Notes under the pieces: generated by a model
Told to the model about the DNA's origin: nothing
What the model saw: the letters and a program-made list of their open reading frames with translations, nothing else
Databases searched by the model: none
Made by a program: the position numbers and the translations under genes
From: Candidatus Hydrogenedentota bacterium
GTDB taxonomy: Bacteria; Hydrogenedentota; Hydrogenedentia; Hydrogenedentales; SLHB01
DNA length: 27,038 bases
Assembly (NCBI GenBank): GCA_034408725.1
Contig: JAWXCN010000191.1
Coordinates: forward strand, 1 to 27,038
Direction: 5' to 3'
Part shown: positions 22,925 through 27,038 of the stretch, piece by piece
Position numbering within the stretch: position 1 is the first letter of the stretch
Layout of the letters: each line of letters starts with the position of its first letter

Positions 22925-24732
22925 ACGTTTGTTTGCGTTTTTACACGTGGCTCTGGGAGTCTCCAGACCCAGTGCTGATTCGATTTGCCCGGTTGTCCAC
23001 GTTTCTCTGCGATGACCCCCATCGTGGATTTCGCTCTACGCAAAGTCGCGATTGCGATGCCATTTTCCTGTGCTTGCGCCTTTATTTCATTTGCAGGACC
23101 TGGGAGGGCCTCAGCAAGAAACTCGCACGCGGCCGCGAGCTGTGATTCCACTTCGTAGGTATCAGGAGTGAGAAGTTGCGCAGCCGTGTGTGCCGTCTCA
23201 CCTTGCCAGTCTATTACCGGCGTTCCCACGTTCGTCACTTCGACGACGAACGCCAACGATTTTGGGAATGTTCCAACGTTTGTCTTCGACACCGCCAGCA
23301 CGCGCCGTTCGGGATTGTCGGGGTCTTTCGCAATAACCAATCCCACACGTGCCGCTGCTATGATGCCGATACTCCCACCGCCGCGGTACAGCGGATTCGG
23401 CCCGCACGTCTTGTTCAGATGTCGAACGATCAATATTGCGACGCCGGTTTCCTCGGCAAGGCATTTCAGTGCATGCATCGCTCGGCGTACCTCTTGGTCG
23501 CGGTGGGCATTGATACTGCCCGAGAGGAAGGCCATGAGCGGGTCGATAACCAAGAGGTTGGCGTCGCACTCGCCAATTGCCTCTTTTATCTTATCAATAT
23601 CAGTTGGAATTGAAATCGGGGATTCTGCCTTACCGCCAGGCGCAGAGGTGGAAATAGTGCATACGCGCGAGAGGTCTGCGCCGGCTGCTTCAAGTCGAGG
23701 ACGGATTGTGTCCGCCTCGCCGTCTTCCGCGTTAAGCATTACTACTGAACATGGTGGGCATCCTTCGCGCCCGCCTGGAAAACACCGCCCAGTCGAGAGT
23801 CGCGCACTGATGTCAATGGTGACGAGACTCTTACCTACCGCTGGGTCGGCATCGAGTACGGTAATTTTTCGCCGAGCGAGAAAGCCGCGCCACAGCCAAT
23901 CCACTTTTTCGGAGGCGATATCGCAATACCTTATTAGTCGTGATGATTTAGACGGCCACGGATGCCACAAGCGGGAAGTTTCCGCGATTTCCAAGAGCGC
24001 CTCACGTGTGCCACCACCACGAAGCCAATCGGTAACATCACCTTTTGGAGGCACGTTGACAAGCGACACAACACGAACGCTTTGCGCGATGCCACGAAGC
24101 GATTCTGCGACGAACTCAGCGTGCTTCTTCCCGGGCTCATCGTTGTCCGGCAGAATGACGACATCGGCTCCCCGGAGCGATTCACTCAGCGCGTCAGTCC
24201 ATTTGCCTGCTCCGCCCGAATTGCAGGTCGCAATAAGGCCCAGTGATTCCAAACTGAGAACGTCTTTTTCCCCTTCTACGAGGAAGATTCGATGGCCATT
24301 CTGGATTGCCTTATTCACCGCCGACCAGCGAAAAATGACCCTTTCCACTCCGTTAAGATTCCACTCCCAACCTCCGTTCCCGTCGGGTCGGCGCTGTCGA
24401 AATGCTTTGGGTCTCTGTCGGATCACCTGATAGAGCATGTTTCCAGACAAATCCGTGTAGTCATAAGCCTCCTCGATATTGCTCTTGCCACGGGGAAACG
24501 TGTATTCCTCATGCAATGGCGTAGATACGCTCTGACCATTAAATGCGGCAACAATGTCTTTGAACTTACATCCAGCGTAGCAGTGGATCAGGGCTTCGCC
24601 ATTTCCAGCACGGTCTATGCTAAGTGATGGTTCATGATCGTCATGAGCTGGGCAGAGCGCGAGGAACCCTTTGCCAGCAGGACGAGCTTCACGCAGGCGC
24701 GGGAGAAGGTCATCAAACTTAAGATATGACAT
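22912..24732 (-). CDS. Primase-helicase (Zn finger, TOPRIM, RepA/AAA_25-type ATPase)
   Basis: CPAHDDHEPSL..HCYAGC; LVEGEKD..PDNDEPG; Walker A ADPAVGKS, AEDG, Walker B LLVIDP, IVRHLNK. Confidence 0.88.
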   Translation of the reverse strand: MSYLKFDDLLPRLREARPAGKGFLALCPAHDDHEPSLSIDRAGNGEALIHCYAGCKFKDIVAAFNGQSVSTPLHEEYTFPRGKSNIEEAYDYTDLSGNMLYQVIRQRPKAFRQRRPDGNGGWEWNLNGVERVIFRWSAVNKAIQNGHRIFLVEGEKDVLSLESLGLIATCNSGGAGKWTDALSESLRGADVVILPDNDEPGKKHAEFVAESLRGIAQSVRVVSLVNVPPKGDVTDWLRGGGTREALLEIAETSRLWHPWPSKSSRLIRYCDIASEKVDWLWRGFLARRKITVLDADPAVGKSLVTIDISARLSTGRCFPGGREGCPPCSVVMLNAEDGEADTIRPRLEAAGADLSRVCTISTSAPGGKAESPISIPTDIDKIKEAIGECDANLLVIDPLMAFLSGSINAHRDQEVRRAMHALKCLAEETGVAILIVRHLNKTCGPNPLYRGGGSIGIIAAARVGLVIAKDPDNPERRVLAVSKTNVGTFPKSLAFVVEVTNVGTPVIDWQGETAHTAAQLLTPDTYEVESQLAAACEFLAEALPGPANEIKAQAQENGIAIATLRRAKSTMGVIAEKRGQPGKSNQHWVWRLPEPRVKTQTNVEDD

Positions 24733-24744
24733 GGCTCGCTCCTG

Positions 24745-24984
24745 CTATCGCCGGATCGGGGGGCAACCATTCGATACCCATTGATTAAGAACTTCTCGGT
24801 TCCAACGGACAAGACCGCCTATGCGGTTGGGGGAAGGCATGCGACCAGAGTCCGACATCCTGTACACATGTCGGACCGAACAGTTGAGTAAGTTCGCAAC
24901 TTGCTTCACATCTATCAACAGCGCAGCATGCATTGTTGATTGCGATGGCTTGTCCTGTCCGTGGATCATTACATTTGCGTCCAT
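24745..24984 (-). CDS. AlpA/excisionase-type small HTH DNA-binding protein
   Basis: LIDVKQVANLLNCSVRHVYRMSDSGRMPSPNRIGGLVRW..LNQW; AGGTAGGG before the ATG. Confidence 0.85.
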   Translation of the reverse strand: MDANVMIHGQDKPSQSTMHAALLIDVKQVANLLNCSVRHVYRMSDSGRMPSPNRIGGLVRWNREVLNQWVSNGCPPIRR

Positions 24985-25197
24985 AGTCCCTACCTTTGTT
25001 TCGTCAGTTGCGAAATTGCGACCGACGAAAAATTATGTAGGGCGCGAAGGAAGGATTAATTCATGGAATTTATCCCTTGGGAATTTATCACGAGCTCTTG
25101 ACAGGAAATGACGAACTGGCGAAGGTTTTGACTAGGAAAGACTCGATGGCGTGATTAAATAAAGATGTTGACAACATGCCCGATAGTCGCCGCCTAA

Positions 25198-26058
25198 CTA
25201 CGGCTTCGATTTCTTCTTATGCACCCAGTTGAGGGCATTTTGAACATTCTTGAACGACGGCGACACTCCGTTCGGCAGCTGGTAGGTTTGACGGAAGCCG
25301 TTATAAGTAGGCCGGCTCTTGTCAGCACTATACACCTTCCATTTTTTGGCAATATCACGATATTGTTGCTCTTTTACATCCGTAAGTGAAGGATGCCCGC
25401 GCTTTTTTCTTTCACAAATGGCAAAATGCCTTTCGTCCACCGCCTTCCGGAAACACTTCAAGAGCTCCTTCACCCATGCGTCACCTATAAACCAATACTT
25501 CGATTCGACGAGCCAAGCAACGAAATCGGTTGGGGTTACACAATATGGTTTCTTCTTGGGCTTTGCAGGAAGCTTGCCGATTGACACAGCAAACTCGGCC
25601 TCCGCTTTTAGGTATGGATGGCATTCGACCAGCGAGTTTTCACCGCTGCGGTCATATACTCCCCTAACAGGCAGAAATGTGTTCATGGATTTATAACTTA
25701 AGTATAGGACTGGCAAGAAACATCGGACCAATGTATCCAATGAGTGTTCTATATGGCGATTATCATAGAATACTCTGAACTTATCAGGGATTCGTGTATC
25801 AGGTTCGGCAAGAACATATGTGTACAATTCTCCTTTTATTTTTATCGGTTTTGGCGTTACAAATATCCGTCCTACTATAGGGACAAGCCATATAGTTCTG
25901 GTTTTATGGTCTATTCGGGTCTCAATTCGCGCGTCGAGTACAGGCAGGATGTTCTGCCACTGAGGTCCTTCATTGGTAGCAGGAGGGGATGTCGGGTTGG
26001 ATTCAGCTTTGGATTTGAGGTTTTTGATTCTACGACTTTCTGGGTCAGATTTTGCCAT
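25198..26058 (-). CDS. Hypothetical basic protein, possible C-terminal DNA-binding domain
   Basis: 286-aa open frame in AT-richer DNA, co-oriented with the element; Lys-rich; no family recognised. Confidence 0.65.
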   Translation of the reverse strand: MAKSDPESRRIKNLKSKAESNPTSPPATNEGPQWQNILPVLDARIETRIDHKTRTIWLVPIVGRIFVTPKPIKIKGELYTYVLAEPDTRIPDKFRVFYDNRHIEHSLDTLVRCFLPVLYLSYKSMNTFLPVRGVYDRSGENSLVECHPYLKAEAEFAVSIGKLPAKPKKKPYCVTPTDFVAWLVESKYWFIGDAWVKELLKCFRKAVDERHFAICERKKRGHPSLTDVKEQQYRDIAKKWKVYSADKSRPTYNGFRQTYQLPNGVSPSFKNVQNALNWVHKKKSKP

Positions 26059-26214
26059 GTTCGAGACTCAATGGGTTACGATGATTCAGTGAAAACTCCA
26101 GTCTTGCCGGGCCATGACATGTTACGACTTAGATGTCTGATGGCGCAAGGTTGCAAAATCCGGATAACCGTTCTTCGGCAGTCAGAAAGCACGCGTGACC
26201 GCCTTATAAAGCAG

Positions 26215-27038
26215 GTTTCAATCCACGCTCCCCGCGTGGGGAGCGACGACGAAGAGACGGCCCAGCGCGAGTGGGCCGAGGTTTCAATCCACGCTCCCCG
26301 CGTGGGGAGCGACCAACCGCTCACGTACCGATTCAACCGCCAGCGTGTTTCAATCCACGCTCCCCGCGTGGGGAGCGACCGAAGGCGAAGCGGGTGTGTC
26401 CGAGATGTGAGCGCGTTTCAATCCACGCTCCCCGCGTGGGGAGCGACGCCCTAGCGTCACTATCATATCCGCCATTTCTTTGGTTTCAATCCACGCTCCC
26501 CGCGTGGGGAGCGACATATCCATTCGGTTTTTGTGGTCGAGGTCAACCCGTTTCAATCCACGCTCCCCGCGTGGGGAGCGACCGGAACGCATCGATAACG
26601 GCGGAACGCTCGATATGTTTCAATCCACGCTCCCCGCGTGGGGAGCGACCGCGCTCGTGAGTTTCGCCACTGTCGCCTGTGTAGTTTCAATCCACGCTCC
26701 CCGCGTGGGGAGCGACCCGCGCCTGCGGTTAGGCGTGGAATTGGCTATTGTTGTTTCAATCCACGCTCCCCGCGTGGGGAGCGACCCACCAGGGCCAAGT
26801 GTCTAAGTTCGAGGATGGAGTTTCAATCCACGCTCCCCGCGTGGGGAGCGACCGAGTGCGGACTTCAAGCCCTCGGTCTGTTTGGCGTTTCAATCCACGC
26901 TCCCCGCGTGGGGAGCGACACGTGCCCGCCGTTCTCGCGCAACGCTTGACAGTTTCAATCCACGCTCCCCGCGTGGGGAGCGACCGTGGCCGCGCCCGTG
27001 CGGTAGATCGTCCCGCGCAGTTTCAATCCACGCTCCCC
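26215..27038 (-). CRISPR. CRISPR array with type I-C-like 33-nt repeat GTCGCTCCCCACGCGGGGAGCGTGGATTGAAAC; 12 full repeats, 1 partial, 12 spacers of 32-36 nt; cut by the window end
   Basis: Identical repeats start at 26215, 26281, 26347, 26415, 26483, 26550, 26617, 26684, 26753, 26820, 26887, 26952 and 27020 (partial); 8-bp hairpin CGCTCCCC-ACGC-GGGGAGCG; 3' ATTGAAAC handle sets the minus orientation. Confidence 0.98.

Larger units (their letters stand above)
21192..27038 (-). mobile_element. Satellite/PICI-like integrative element at tRNA-Pro; far boundary not seen in the window
   Basis: Integrase, primase-helicase, AlpA/Xis and an orphan gene, all on the minus strand next to the tRNA 3' end; visibly lower GC; no duplicate tRNA 3' end seen, so inclusion of the CRISPR array is inferred. 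Confidence 0.7.

Noticed and set aside
25198-26058. HEPN RxxxxH motif (RKKRGH) suggesting a Cas13-like or other class 2 effector
   Set aside because: A single match inside a basic KKRGxP patch; no second HEPN or RuvC/HNH motif; protein is small and the repeat is type I-C-like.
25744-26949. ORFs across the array (VSIHAPRVGSD / FQSTLPAWGAT repeats)
   Set aside because: Translations of CRISPR repeats.
26248-27019. Self-targeting or duplicated spacers
   Set aside because: By eye no spacer matches another spacer or the rest of the window; an alignment is needed to exclude partial matches.

Overview
GC-rich bacterial chromosomal segment in three parts. (1) About 0.3-12.2 kb is a mixed housekeeping and accessory block: secreted His/Trp-rich protein, YacP/Rae1-like NYN ribonuclease, pentose/hexose-phosphate 3-epimerase, ribokinase, ABC exporter, Sel1-repeat protein, an XRE antitoxin whose RelE/Gp49-like toxin is a pseudogene (premature stop plus frameshift), putA, a radical SAM/SPASM enzyme, YqeY and a lipoprotein. 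(2) About 12.2-20.9 kb is a type IV pilus operon (pilB-pilT-pilS-pilR, no pilC or pilA). Its first gene is an unusual 838-aa fusion of a canonical MshEN c-di-GMP-binding domain, helical repeats and a DnaA/Hda-type AAA+ domain lacking the DNA-binding domain IV. The AT-rich region in front of it holds two NrdR-box-like palindromes 31 bp apart over a sigma70-like promoter, and a consensus DnaA box ahead of a second promoter. This is the best candidate for an undescribed system linking c-di-GMP, pili and replication/dNTP status. (3) From 21.1 kb to the end is tRNA-Pro(GGG) followed by a satellite-like integrative element: a tyrosine integrase whose ORF runs antisense into the tRNA, an iteron-like ori, a primase-helicase, an AlpA/excisionase and an orphan gene. 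It runs into a type I-C-like CRISPR array (12 full repeats plus 1 partial) cut by the window end. No cas genes and no second att copy were seen. All calls come from reading motifs by eye; no searches were run.
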